From positions 3,968,001-4,032,000 of the forward strand of contig OY970192.1 of assembly GCA_963708135.1 (NCBI GenBank): a DNA stretch of 64,000 nucleotides, read 5' to 3'. A program made the translations under genes and the position numbers. Positions 27,878 to 36,884 of the stretch are shown here, in pieces. Numbering within the stretch: the stretch's first letter is position 1; each line of letters begins with the position of its first letter. Source of the DNA: an uncultured Gemmatimonadales bacterium (GTDB lineage Bacteria > Gemmatimonadota > Gemmatimonadetes > Longimicrobiales > RSA9). The notes below the pieces were generated by a model that was given only the letters and a program-made list of their open reading frames with translations, made no database searches and was not told the origin of the DNA.

Positions 27878-28874
27878 TCAGGCGCGGCCGCGCCGGTCCT
27901 GGAACCAGCGAACGGTCGGGGGCAGCCCTTCGTCCAGGCAGCGGGGCGTCCAGCCGAGTTCGCGCGTCGCCTTGTCGTGGGAGTGGAGCCAGCGCAGCCC
28001 GGCCGCGGTGGCGGCGTTCTCGCGCGAGATCGGAAACCGAAGGCCGGTGGCGCGGGAGAGCACGTCCAGCAGGACGCCGGTCCAGCGGACGAGTGGAGCC
28101 GGAAAGCGCAGGCGCGGCGGCCGCTTCCCGGCGAGTGCCACCACGCGGCCCGCGAAGTCGTCCAGCCTGGCGGGCTCGCCCGAGAGGACGTAGGTCTCCC
28201 CAGCCACACCGCGCTCGCCCGCCGCGAGGAGTCCATCCACCACGTCATCCACGTGGACGTACGAGAACCAGGAGGGGATGGAGCGGGAATCCGGGGATCC
28301 GTCCCGCCAGCAGGTCCTTCACGAAGCGGCCGTTCGGCCCCTCGTCTCCGGGCCCGTACACGTTGGCCGGCGCCACGATCACGACCGGAAGCCCCCGGCG
28401 CTGGGCTGCCACCGCGAGCCGGTGCGCCGCCGTCTTCGTCCGCTCGTATTCGGAGGTGAAGCGCGGGCCGTGCTCGGAGCCCTCATCTCCCTCGCCCGCG
28501 GCCACAGGTCCGAGCGCCACGGTAGTCGAGACGTGGACCACGCGCGCGGTGCCGGCGCCCTCGATGGCCGCCAGGAAGACGCGCGTTCCCTCGACGTTCG
28601 TGCGCCGCATCGCCGCCGCGTCCACCACGCCGATGTCGTAGTACCCGGCCAGATGGTACGCCAGCTCCGCGCCGGCGAGGCCCCGCGCCACGGCCGCCTC
28701 GTCCCATGTCTCCCCGACGAACAGCTCGGCGCCCAGGCGCTCCAACTCGCCGGTCCGCGAGGTGGGCCTCACCAGACAGCGCAGCCCGGCCCCTCCCTCC
28801 GCCAACCGGCGGGCCAGCCGCGTGCCGATGAACCCCGTCGCCCCCGTCAGAAACACCAGCCGCCGGTCCGCCAT
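27878..28874 (-). CDS. NAD-dependent epimerase/dehydratase, frameshifted
   Basis: TGATGFIG, YHLAG, YERTK, VYGPGD. Continues as SWFSYVHVDDVV if one base of the G4 run at 28274-28277 is removed. Confidence 0.85.
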
Positions 28875-28883
28875 CGCTGCCGC

Positions 28884-29216
28884 TCAGTCCCCGACCGCGA
28901 ACCACCCGATGCCGACCGGCCGCCCCTCGTCCGTGGCATCCGCCTCCGAGATCACCACGTCCAGCTCTCGCTTCTTCTCCAGCGACGCCTGCGTCGCTCG
29001 CCCGCCCGTCACCGACAGCGCCCGAACCTCCACCTCTCGCGGCGTGCCGTCCGGCGCCAGGAGGCGCAGCCGCTTGCCCGGCTCGAGCACACCCAGCTGC
29101 GGCCGCCCCTGCAGCAGCCGCAGCCGCAGCAGATACCCTCGCAGCGGGACCGGCAGCACATCCGATACCCGGAACCGAAAGCCCCCGGCCTCGCCGCCGT
29201 CCGTGCCTGTTGTCAT
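28884..29216 (-). CDS. Hypothetical protein, EF-Tu/SelB domain-II-like beta barrel
   Basis: FRFRVSDVLPVPLRG...G.LEPG..L...VEVRAL pattern. Start could be 29216 or 29222. Confidence 0.6.
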   Translation of the reverse strand: MTTGTDGGEAGGFRFRVSDVLPVPLRGYLLRLRLLQGRPQLGVLEPGKRLRLLAPDGTPREVEVRALSVTGGRATQASLEKKRELDVVISEADATDEGRPVGIGWFAVGD

Positions 29217-29332
29217 GATCATCCATCGCCTGGATCGGGTCCGCTCCCGCCTCCCGCGGCGGGGCGAGTGGAGGGTAGCGCGGGCGGGCGGCCGCGTCAA
29301 TCGACGACGCGGCTGCCCCCGTCCCGGCGCTC

Positions 29333-29361
29333 TTGACTTGGCGCGGGGCCGCGTCTAACGT
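29333..29361 (+). promoter_or_regulatory. Sigma70 promoter for the csp leader
   Basis: TTGACT-17 bp-TAACGT. Confidence 0.65.
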
Positions 29362-29426
29362 TGTGCGCGGGGTTGGCCGAAGTCGGTCCCACCATGCATC
29401 GCGGGGAGTCGTCCTTCGGGAAAGCC

Positions 29427-29456
29427 GGACCTGCGTAACGACGCAGGTCCTTTTTT
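29427..29456 (+). terminator. Intrinsic terminator inside the csp 5' leader
   Basis: GGACCTGCGT-AACG-ACGCAGGTCC perfect 10-bp stem followed by TTTTTT. Confidence 0.8.
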
Positions 29457-29565
29457 CATGCGTGGGCCGCCGACGCGGACGGGCGGTGGATCGGTCCGAG
29501 GGTACGGGACATCGCACCGTCCCCGTGACAGGTTTCCAGTCCAGTTCTACTCAGGAGCAAGGGCG

Positions 29566-29868
29566 ATGGCTCGCACCACAGGCACCGTGAAATGGTTCTC
29601 GCAGGAGAAGGGCTACGGGTTTCTCCAGCGGGAGGGCGGACCGGACGTGTTCGTGCACTACAGCGCGATCGAGGGCTCCGGCTTCAAGGTCCTCTACGAG
29701 GGGGAGGAGGTGGAGTTCGACGTCGTCGAGGAGGCCAAGGGCCCCAAGGCCGCGAACGTCGTCCGCCTGAACCCGCCCGCCGAGGCCCCGCGCCGCGGTG
29801 GCGAGAGCCGGCCCGGCGGCACGGGCCGCGGCGACTACAGTGCCGGGCGCGGCGAGCCCCGCTACTAG
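29566..29868 (+). CDS. Cold-shock domain protein with Gly/Arg-rich tail
   Basis: GTVKWF..EKGYGFL (RNP1), DVFVHYSAI (RNP2), [16 protein letters not shown]. Confidence 0.95.
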   Translation: MARTTGTVKWFSQEKGYGFLQREGGPDVFVHYSAIEGSGFKVLYEGEEVEFDVVEEAKGPKAANVVRLNPPAEAPRRGGESRPGGTGRGDYSAGRGEPRY

Positions 29869-30032
29869 TGGACCGCATCTGAAGTTCGGTGAGCACCGAG
29901 CCGGCGGAGCGGGCGCGAAGCGCAAGGCGCGAGGAGGAAGGAATAGCAGCGCTATTTCGACGACGAGCAACGCGGCGGGTCGCGTCCGATCCGCCGGCGA
30001 ATGCCATCGCTACTTCGGATACGGTCCACTAG
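29865..30032. mobile_element. MITE-like non-autonomous element, CTAG-bounded
   Basis: Terminal inverted repeats CTAGTGGACCGCATCTGAAGT / ACTTCGGATACGGTCCACTAG (19 of 21 match), nested inner inverted repeats, no coding capacity. Confidence 0.7.
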
Positions 30033-30147
30033 GGCGCCCCCGCAGCGACCACCGTCTTTCGTCCAGCGCGCGGACAGGCGCCCGCGAGGCCACGCCTCGC
30101 GGGCGCTTCGTCTTGCGCGCACGGCCCCGGTCCGCTCCTTTGCGCCC

Positions 30148-31587
30148 ATGGATGACGACGCTGCCTCCCGGCGCCCTGGCGCGCCCCTCGAGATCGACCC
30201 CGAGCGAATGCGCCGCATGGGCTACGAGGTCGTGGACTACTTGGTCGAGCGCGTTGCCGGACTGGACGCCGACCGCGCGTGGAGCCGGCGCGACCGCGCC
30301 GCCCTGGCACCCCACCTCTCCGGCCCGGCACCCGAAGGGCCGACCGGGTTCGAGACCCTGCTCCGACAGTTGCGCGATGACGTGCTCGCCTTCACTGCGC
30401 GCATCGACCATCCCCGCTTCATGGCTTTCGTCCCCGGCGCCGGCACCTGGCCGGGGATCCTCGCGGACTTTCTGGCGGCCGGGCACAACGTCTTCCAGGG
30501 GACCTGGCTTGCGTCCTCCGGTCCCAGCGCCGTCGAGTTGGTCGTCCTCGACTGGTTCCGCACCTGGCTCGGCTGCCCCGAACAGGCCGCTGGTCTCCTC
30601 GTCAGCGGAGGCTCCGCCGCCAACCTGACCGCCCTCGCCTGCGCCCGCGACAGCCGCCTCGGCGGCCACGATCCCGACGCCGTGATCTACGCCTCCGACC
30701 AGGTCCACTCCTCCGCACTGCGAGCCGCGCGCATCCTCGGCTTCAGGCCAGAGCAGCTGCGCGTCCTCCCCGCCGACCAGGCGTTCCGCCTCCCCGTCGC
30801 CGCCCTCGAGGCCGCGATCGCCGCCGACCGGGGCGCCGGCCGCCGGCCGTTCCTCGTCATTGCGAGCGCGGGCACCACCAGCACTGGCGCCGTGGACCCG
30901 CTCCCCGAGCTCCGGCGACTCTGCGATGCACAGGATCTCTGGCTGCACGTGGACGCAGCCTACGGCGGCTTCGCGGTCCTCACGGAGCGAGGCCGCGCCG
31001 CGCTGCCTGGCATCGGTGCCGCCGACTCCATCACTCTCGATCCACACAAGTGGCTGTACCAGCCGTTCGAGGCCGGCTGCCTCCTCGTCCGCGACGGGGC
31101 CGCCCTCGTCCAGACCTTCCACGTCATGCCCGACTATCTCCAGGACACCGCCGTGGGCGGGCGGGAGGTCAATTTCGCCGACCGCGGCCTGCAGCTGACC
31201 CGCGCCGCTCGCGCGCTGAAGATCTGGACCTCCATCCGCCACTTCGGTCTGGATGCCTTCCGACGCACCATCGATGGCTGCATCGATCTCGCGCTGCACG
31301 CCGAGGAGGTCATCCGCCGGACCCCCTCGCTCGAGCTGCTCGCCCCCGCCGCCCTCGGCGTGGTCTGCTTCCGCCGGCGCGGCGCGCCGGGCCAGGATGA
31401 AGCGGAGGTCGAGGCTGCCAATGCGGCGCTGCTCCGCCGCATCCTCGACAGCGGCCTCGCGATGGCCTCCTCCACCCGGCTCCGCGGAATCTACGCGCTG
31501 CGTCTCTGCATCCTGAACTTCCGGACGACCGAGGCCAATGTGGACCGCGTCCTGCATTGGTTCGCCGGGGCGGCGCTGGAGGAGTGA
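30148..31587 (+). CDS. Group II PLP-dependent decarboxylase (aromatic L-amino acid decarboxylase-like)
   Basis: HPRFMAFVP, SGGSAAN, GTTSTGAVD, WLHVDAAYGG, DSITLDPHKWL. Confidence 0.92.
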   Translation: MDDDAASRRPGAPLEIDPERMRRMGYEVVDYLVERVAGLDADRAWSRRDRAALAPHLSGPAPEGPTGFETLLRQLRDDVLAFTARIDHPRFMAFVPGAGTWPGILADFLAAGHNVFQGTWLASSGPSAVELVVLDWFRTWLGCPEQAAGLLVSGGSAANLTALACARDSRLGGHDPDAVIYASDQVHSSALRAARILGFRPEQLRVLPADQAFRLPVAALEAAIAADRGAGRRPFLVIASAGTTSTGAVDPLPELRRLCDAQDLWLHVDAAYGGFAVLTERGRAALPGIGAADSITLDPHKWLYQPFEAGCLLVRDGAALVQTFHVMPDYLQDTAVGGREVNFADRGLQLTRAARALKIWTSIRHFGLDAFRRTIDGCIDLALHAEEVIRRTPSLELLAPAALGVVCFRRRGAPGQDEAEVEAANAALLRRILDSGLAMASSTRLRGIYALRLCILNFRTTEANVDRVLHWFAGAALEE

Positions 31588-31645
31588 CCCCGCGCGCGGG
31601 CGGGTTGACTTCCGCGCCTGCCGCTTCCCTGTTGGAGGAGAGATC

Positions 31646-31927
31646 ATGCCGGACATCACATGCGTCCGCTGCGGCGAGACCGCGCCCCAGCTCCCCAGGC
31701 CACCTCTTCGCAACGAGCTCGGCCAGCGCATCTTCGAGTCCATCGGCGAGCGCTGCTGGGGCGAGTGGCTCCGCTACCAGACCGCCCTCATCAATCATCA
31801 CGGGCTGGATGTCCGCGACGCGGACGCCAAGGAGTTCCTCACCGCCAACATGGAGGGGTTCCTCTTCAAGAAGGGCGGGGAGACCGAGGACATCGACACC
31901 TCCCAGCAGGGGAACGTTACATGGTGA
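31646..31927 (+). CDS. yggX: Fe(II)-trafficking / oxidative damage protection protein YggX
   Basis: GGAGGAG RBS; ELGQRIFESI...W.EW...QTALIN..GL motif. Confidence 0.85.
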   Translation: MPDITCVRCGETAPQLPRPPLRNELGQRIFESIGERCWGEWLRYQTALINHHGLDVRDADAKEFLTANMEGFLFKKGGETEDIDTSQQGNVTW

Positions 31928-33012
31928 CCCGCTCCCCGGCGGAGCGAGCGCTCCGCGAGATCCCCGGCATCGGCCCGAGCCTCGCCCACGACCTCTACGA
32001 CCTCGGAATGCGTGCCGTGCCCGACCTCACCGGCCGGGATCCTAGGGCCTTGTACGAGCGGCTCTCCGACATCCGCGGCGCGCGCATGGACCCTTGCGTC
32101 CTCTACACGTTCCGCTGCGCCGTATACTACGCCTCCACGCCGGACCCCGACCCCGAGCTCCTCGCCTGGTGGCGCTGGAAGAACCGGCGCGGCGCGACCG
32201 AATCCCCACCGGAAAGCGTCCCTGCACCAGGCGCGACGCCGCGGTTCGCCGCGCGTGAGCCCGGGGAAGATCCCGAGTCCACGATGACGCCGGCAACCGC
32301 TGATCGATCGGGTGCCATGCCGGCCGCGGCATGGGACGCCATCCTCTTCGATCTCGACGGCACCCTCGCCAATACCGTCGAGCTCATCCTCCGCTGCTAC
32401 CGCCATACCATGCGCGCACACCTCGGCGCCGAGCGCCCTGACGCGGAGTGGCTCGCCACCATGGGCACTCCCCTCGCCGAGCAGATGCGCGCGTTCGCCC
32501 GCTCGGACGAGGAGGGCGCCGCGATGGTCGGCACCTACGTCGCCTTCCAGAAGCAGGTACACGACACCCTCGTCCGGCCGTACCCCGGTGTCCCGTCGGC
32601 GCTGGACGCGCTCGCCGACGCGGCGGTACCCATGGCGCTCGTCACCAGCAAGCGGCTCGGAATGACCCGCCGGACCCTCGACGTGTGCGGCATCCTCCAC
32701 CACTTCGCCGTCATCGTCACTCCCGACGAGGTCGCCCGCCCCAAGCCCCACCCCGAGTCTGTCCTCGCCGCGCTCGAGCGCCTCGACGCCGGCTCGCCCG
32801 AGCGCGTGCTCTTCGTCGGCGACTCCCCCTTCGATCTTGCGGCGGGCCGCGCCGCCGGGACGCGCACCGCCGCCGCCACCTGGGGCCCCTTCTCACGCGA
32901 CACCCTTCTCGGGCACGCGCCGGACTTCGTCCTCGACCGCATCGAGGACCTCATGGCCACCTCGCCGGCGAGCGCATCGCGACCCCCGCCACTACGGAGG
33001 CACCCACGCTGA
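31921..33012 (+). CDS. Cdd1-like helix-hairpin-helix domain fused in frame to a PpaX-like HAD phosphatase
   Basis: IPGIGPSLA.DL..LG, DPCVLYTFRCAVY..WWRWK, then FDLDGTL, VTSK, KPHP, VGDSPFD. Confidence 0.75.
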   Translation: MVTRSPAERALREIPGIGPSLAHDLYDLGMRAVPDLTGRDPRALYERLSDIRGARMDPCVLYTFRCAVYYASTPDPDPELLAWWRWKNRRGATESPPESVPAPGATPRFAAREPGEDPESTMTPATADRSGAMPAAAWDAILFDLDGTLANTVELILRCYRHTMRAHLGAERPDAEWLATMGTPLAEQMRAFARSDEEGAAMVGTYVAFQKQVHDTLVRPYPGVPSALDALADAAVPMALVTSKRLGMTRRTLDVCGILHHFAVIVTPDEVARPKPHPESVLAALERLDAGSPERVLFVGDSPFDLAAGRAAGTRTAAATWGPFSRDTLLGHAPDFVLDRIEDLMATSPASASRPPPLRRHPR

Positions 33013-33060
33013 CGGCGCCCGCCGGGACGCGAAATGTCGCGCCGGCTCCGCCCTTGCGGC

Positions 33061-34305
33061 TCATTCGTAGCGCAGCGACTCCACCGGGTCCACCGACGCC
33101 GCGCGCCGCGCGGGAAACACTCCTGCCGCGAGGCCGATCATCGTGAGGATCCCCACCGTCGTAAGCGCGATCGGCCACGACAGCTTCGGGTTCGCGATGA
33201 ACTCCATGGCCATGTTCGTCCTGGGCAACGAGCCGACGATCGCCACGATCCCCGACGCCAGCGCGAGCCCCGCCAGGCCCCCAATGAACGCCAGCAGCAG
33301 CGCCTCGAAGACGAACTGCGCCACGATGTGGCGCCGCCGCGCGCCGATCGCCAGCTTCACCCCGATCTCCCGCGTCCGCTCGCGCACCACCACGTACATG
33401 ATGTTGGCCACCCCCACCCCCGCCACCAGCAGCGTGAACGCGCCCACCACACCCAGGAAGATCTGGATGCCCGCGCCAATCAGCCGCGTCATCCGCTCAT
33501 CCTCGAAGAAGTCCCAGATCGCGAGCGCCCGCTCGTCCTTCGGGTCGAAGCGGTATTGGCGCCCGAGGACCTCATAAAGCCGCTGCTTCACCAGCCGGGC
33601 GTCCGCCTCCGTCCGCGGCGCCACCAGCAGCGAACTCACGTGCCGCGTGCCGAAGATCGTGGCGAACGTCGTCGCCGGAATCACTATCCTGTCCGCGTCG
33701 GGCCCGTTGTTCATGCTTGTCTGCAGCTTCTTCTCCATCGTCCCGACGACCGTGAACGGCAGCCCATCCAGAACCAGACGCCGCCCCACCGGGTCCGCCC
33801 CGCCGAAGAGCTGCTTCGCGATCGAGTCGCCCAGGAAGACTACCCGCCGGCGCTGCTCGAGATCACGCTCGTTCAGGAAGCGGCCGCCCGCCACCGGGTA
33901 CATGTGCCGCAGCAGTTCGAACTGCGGCGACACCCCCTCCATGTACCCCGTCGTCCGCACCCGCCCCACCTGCACCGCCACGTTGTCCCGACCGTACGAT
34001 GGGCTCACGAGCCCGATCTCCGGGATCGAGCGCACGAGCAGATCCAGGTCATCCGCCGTTAACCGGATGCTGCGCCCCTTCGGCAGGCCCTCCCATACCC
34101 GGCTCGTCTCCCCGCCCCACACCATGAACATCTTCTCGCCCGCGTTCAGCAATCCCTCCACCACCGCCTGCTTCAGCCCCTCACCGAACGAAAGCAGCAG
34201 CACCACCGCCAGCGTCCCCCACAGCACCGCCAGCGTCGTGAGGGCCGCGCGCAGCTTCTGCGTCCGGAGATCGCCCCAGAACTCCTCGAGAAGGATCCTC
34301 CACAT
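33061..34305 (-). CDS. MacB/FtsX-like ABC transporter permease
   Basis: GRFLNE.D, GVANIMYVVVRERTREIGVKLAIGA, FPARRAA..DPVESLRYE. Confidence 0.92.
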   Translation of the reverse strand: MWRILLEEFWGDLRTQKLRAALTTLAVLWGTLAVVLLLSFGEGLKQAVVEGLLNAGEKMFMVWGGETSRVWEGLPKGRSIRLTADDLDLLVRSIPEIGLVSPSYGRDNVAVQVGRVRTTGYMEGVSPQFELLRHMYPVAGGRFLNERDLEQRRRVVFLGDSIAKQLFGGADPVGRRLVLDGLPFTVVGTMEKKLQTSMNNGPDADRIVIPATTFATIFGTRHVSSLLVAPRTEADARLVKQRLYEVLGRQYRFDPKDERALAIWDFFEDERMTRLIGAGIQIFLGVVGAFTLLVAGVGVANIMYVVVRERTREIGVKLAIGARRRHIVAQFVFEALLLAFIGGLAGLALASGIVAIVGSLPRTNMAMEFIANPKLSWPIALTTVGILTMIGLAAGVFPARRAASVDPVESLRYE

Positions 34306-34309
34306 GCGC

Positions 34310-35543
34310 CTACCCCCGCATGCACTCGACTGGATCCAGCGCCGCGGCCTTGCGCGCCGGAAACAGCCCCGCCAGGAACGCTACTCCGCCCAGCAGCGCT
34401 ACGGTGCCCGCCAGCGCCACCGGCGAAAGCATCGGAACCCCCACGCTGTCCTGCAGCGGCAGCCGCGCCGCAATCTTCACCACACCTACGCTGAACGCCA
34501 GCCCGAGCACGGCGCCGACTCCCACGATCAGGAACGTCTCGCCGATGAACTGCCCCAGGATGTCCCGACGCGTCGCGCCCAGCGAGCGCTTGATCCCGAT
34601 CTCGTGCCGCCGCTCCCGCACCACCACGTACATGATGTTCGCGACCCCGATCCCGCCCACCAGCAGCGTGAAGCTGCCTACGATGGCGAGGAAGAGGTTG
34701 AAGCCGCCGAACAGGTAACGGAACATCTTCATCTGCTCCGTCGTGTCCCACACGCCGAGCGCGTCCTCGTCCGTCGGATTGAACTTGTCCCGCCGCCCCA
34801 GCACCCGGTACATCCCGCGTCTGGCTGGCCTTCGACACCCGCGGATCTACCGGCTTGTAGACGATGTTGTGCAGCGTGCGTGCGCCGAACACCGCCCGGA
34901 AAGTGCTCGCCGGCATGAACAGGCGGCTTTGGTCCCGCGCGCTGTAGGAGCTGTTCTGCGTCTTGTGACGCATGACGCCCACCACCGTGAACGGCACGCC
35001 ACCGACCTCGATCTGCCTCCCGACGGCCGCGCCATCTCCGAACAGCAGCCGCTTCACCTCGTCCCCCAGCACCGCCACGCGGCGCCGCTCCTGCAGGTCG
35101 ATCGCATCGAGGAACCGCCCGCCCGCGTCCACGTTGATGTTGCGCATCTGCCCGTACACCGGCGTCACGCCCGTCACATACGGGCTCGTCGTCGCCTTTC
35201 CCCACCGCACCGGCGTGCCCCACCGGCCGTACTCGGGGCTGATCTGCCCGATCTCCGGCACATCGCGCTGGAGCGCTCCCACGTCCTCCTCGCGCAGCTG
35301 GATCGAGCGGCCGTCGGGGAAGCCCTGGAACGGCTTCGTCGTCTTCCCGCCGAACACGATCACGATGCCGTCGCCGAGCCCGCGCGCGTTGCGTGTCATC
35401 TGCACCTGCAGCCCGACCCCGAACGCTAGCAGCACCACCACCGCCACGGTGCCCCAGGTGATCCCGAGTACCGTCAGCGCCGTGCGCAGCCGCTGCGTGC
35501 GTACGTCGTCCACGAACTGGTCCAGCAGAGCCCGCATGCGCAT
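34310..35543 (-). CDS. MacB/FtsX-like ABC transporter permease, frameshifted
   Basis: N-part LTVLGITWGT...; C-part GVANIMYVVVRERRHEIG. Joined by removing one base of the C3 run at 34814-34816. Confidence 0.85.
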
Positions 35544-35545
35544 GG

Positions 35546-36640
35546 CTACTTGACGTCCATGACCGGCTTCTCCAGCACCTTCTCGCCCGCCTTCAGCCCC
35601 GACAGCACCTCGATGTTGATCGCATCGCTCAGCCCGGTCCGGATCACCCGCTTCTGCTCCTTGCCGTCCGGCCCCGGCACCTTCACCCACGCCGTGTCGC
35701 CGTCGAACGTCACCACCCGCTCCGGGATCTGCAGGACGGCTTCCTTGCGCTGGATGATGATCTCCGCGTTCGCCGAGTAGCCCGCGCGCAGCATCGCACC
35801 GCCCGTCAACGTCAGCCGGATCTCCACCGGGAACGTCGTCGCCGTCTCGTCCTTCTTGGCCTTCAGGCTGATCTTCGCGAGCACGCCCCGGATCTTCTCG
35901 TCCGGCAGCGCGCCCACCTTGATCTCGACGGGCATCCCCTCGCGCAGCCGCCCCACGTCGATCTCGTCCACGTCGCCCCGGAAGATCAGGTGCTTCATGT
36001 CCGCCATGGTCATGAGCACGGTGCCTTCCTGGTAGGTGCTCAGCGGCACCACCGGGTCGCCCACCTCCACCTTCTTCTCCAGGATGTAGCCGGAGATCGG
36101 CGCCCGGACGAGGCTCTCGATCTCGCTGTTCGAGATCGTGACCTTCCCCTTCTCCATTAGCGCCAGCTTCTCTCTCGCCATCTCCACCTGCACCGCCGCC
36201 TGGTCGTACGCCTGCTTTGTCGCGTCGAACGCCTGCGGAGCCACCAGCCCCTGCTTGCGAAGGTCCTCCTGCCGACCCAGGTCCCGCTTCTGCGCCTCCA
36301 GGTCCAGCTGCCGCAGCTCCAGCTGACGGCGCGCCTCCGCCAGCTCCAGCGGAGTCGGGTCCGGCTTGATCTCCAGCAGCGGCGCCCCAGCCTCCACATA
36401 GTCGCCGGGATCCGCGAAGCGACGCTTCACCACGCCCGAGATCTTCGACTTGACGCTGACCTCCACGTCCGGCTGGATCGTGCCCACCGCCAGCGCCCGG
36501 TCCACCAGCGTGCCGCGCGTGACGGTCACCGTCCGACCGCCGTCCTTGGGCGCGCCCTCGGCGCTCTTCAACGCGATGCCGCCCCCGAACAGCACCACCG
36601 GCAGGCCTACGCCGAGGGCGATCTTCCATCGTCTCTTCAT
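35546..36640 (-). CDS. Periplasmic adaptor subunit (MacA-like membrane fusion protein)
   Basis: VSVKSKISG, coiled coil, VRAPISG, VDEIDVG, GLSD..NIEVLSGLKAGE. Confidence 0.92.
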   Translation of the reverse strand: MKRRWKIALGVGLPVVLFGGGIALKSAEGAPKDGGRTVTVTRGTLVDRALAVGTIQPDVEVSVKSKISGVVKRRFADPGDYVEAGAPLLEIKPDPTPLELAEARRQLELRQLDLEAQKRDLGRQEDLRKQGLVAPQAFDATKQAYDQAAVQVEMAREKLALMEKGKVTISNSEIESLVRAPISGYILEKKVEVGDPVVPLSTYQEGTVLMTMADMKHLIFRGDVDEIDVGRLREGMPVEIKVGALPDEKIRGVLAKISLKAKKDETATTFPVEIRLTLTGGAMLRAGYSANAEIIIQRKEAVLQIPERVVTFDGDTAWVKVPGPDGKEQKRVIRTGLSDAINIEVLSGLKAGEKVLEKPVMDVK

Positions 36641-36815
36641 GGCTGGAGCTCCGTTCCGATCAGGCGCGAGGCCGGCGCCCCCCCCACGCCGGCCCACTCC
36701 CGTACGCCACGGTCCGGCGACCGGTTTCAGAGCCGCTCCCGCTCGGGACCACGCGCCGGCTCCGCCTTCCTCGCCGGCCGGCGCCCCGCGTGCCCCTTGC
36801 GCAGCCCCCACGCCG

Positions 36816-36844
36816 TTGACCCGCCCTCCCGCCGCATCTAGCTT
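36816..36844 (+). promoter_or_regulatory. Sigma70 promoter for the GH18 gene
   Basis: TTGACC-17 bp-TAGCTT, 40 nt before the start. Confidence 0.5.
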
Positions 36845-36884
36845 CCTCCTTTCACCCACGGCCCCCTGATCCCGACCGCCAGAA

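Noticed and set aside
27232..28641. 469-aa plus-strand ORF spanning the riboswitch
   Set aside because: Low-complexity translation overlapping the aptamer, the RBS-supported 48-aa ORF and the antisense epimerase.
29362..29456. csp leader as a ZTP (pfl) or other known riboswitch, or a tRNA
   Set aside because: Has GGGGAG but lacks the GACTGGCG and CGCCTGGG elements; no cloverleaf or T-loop consensus.
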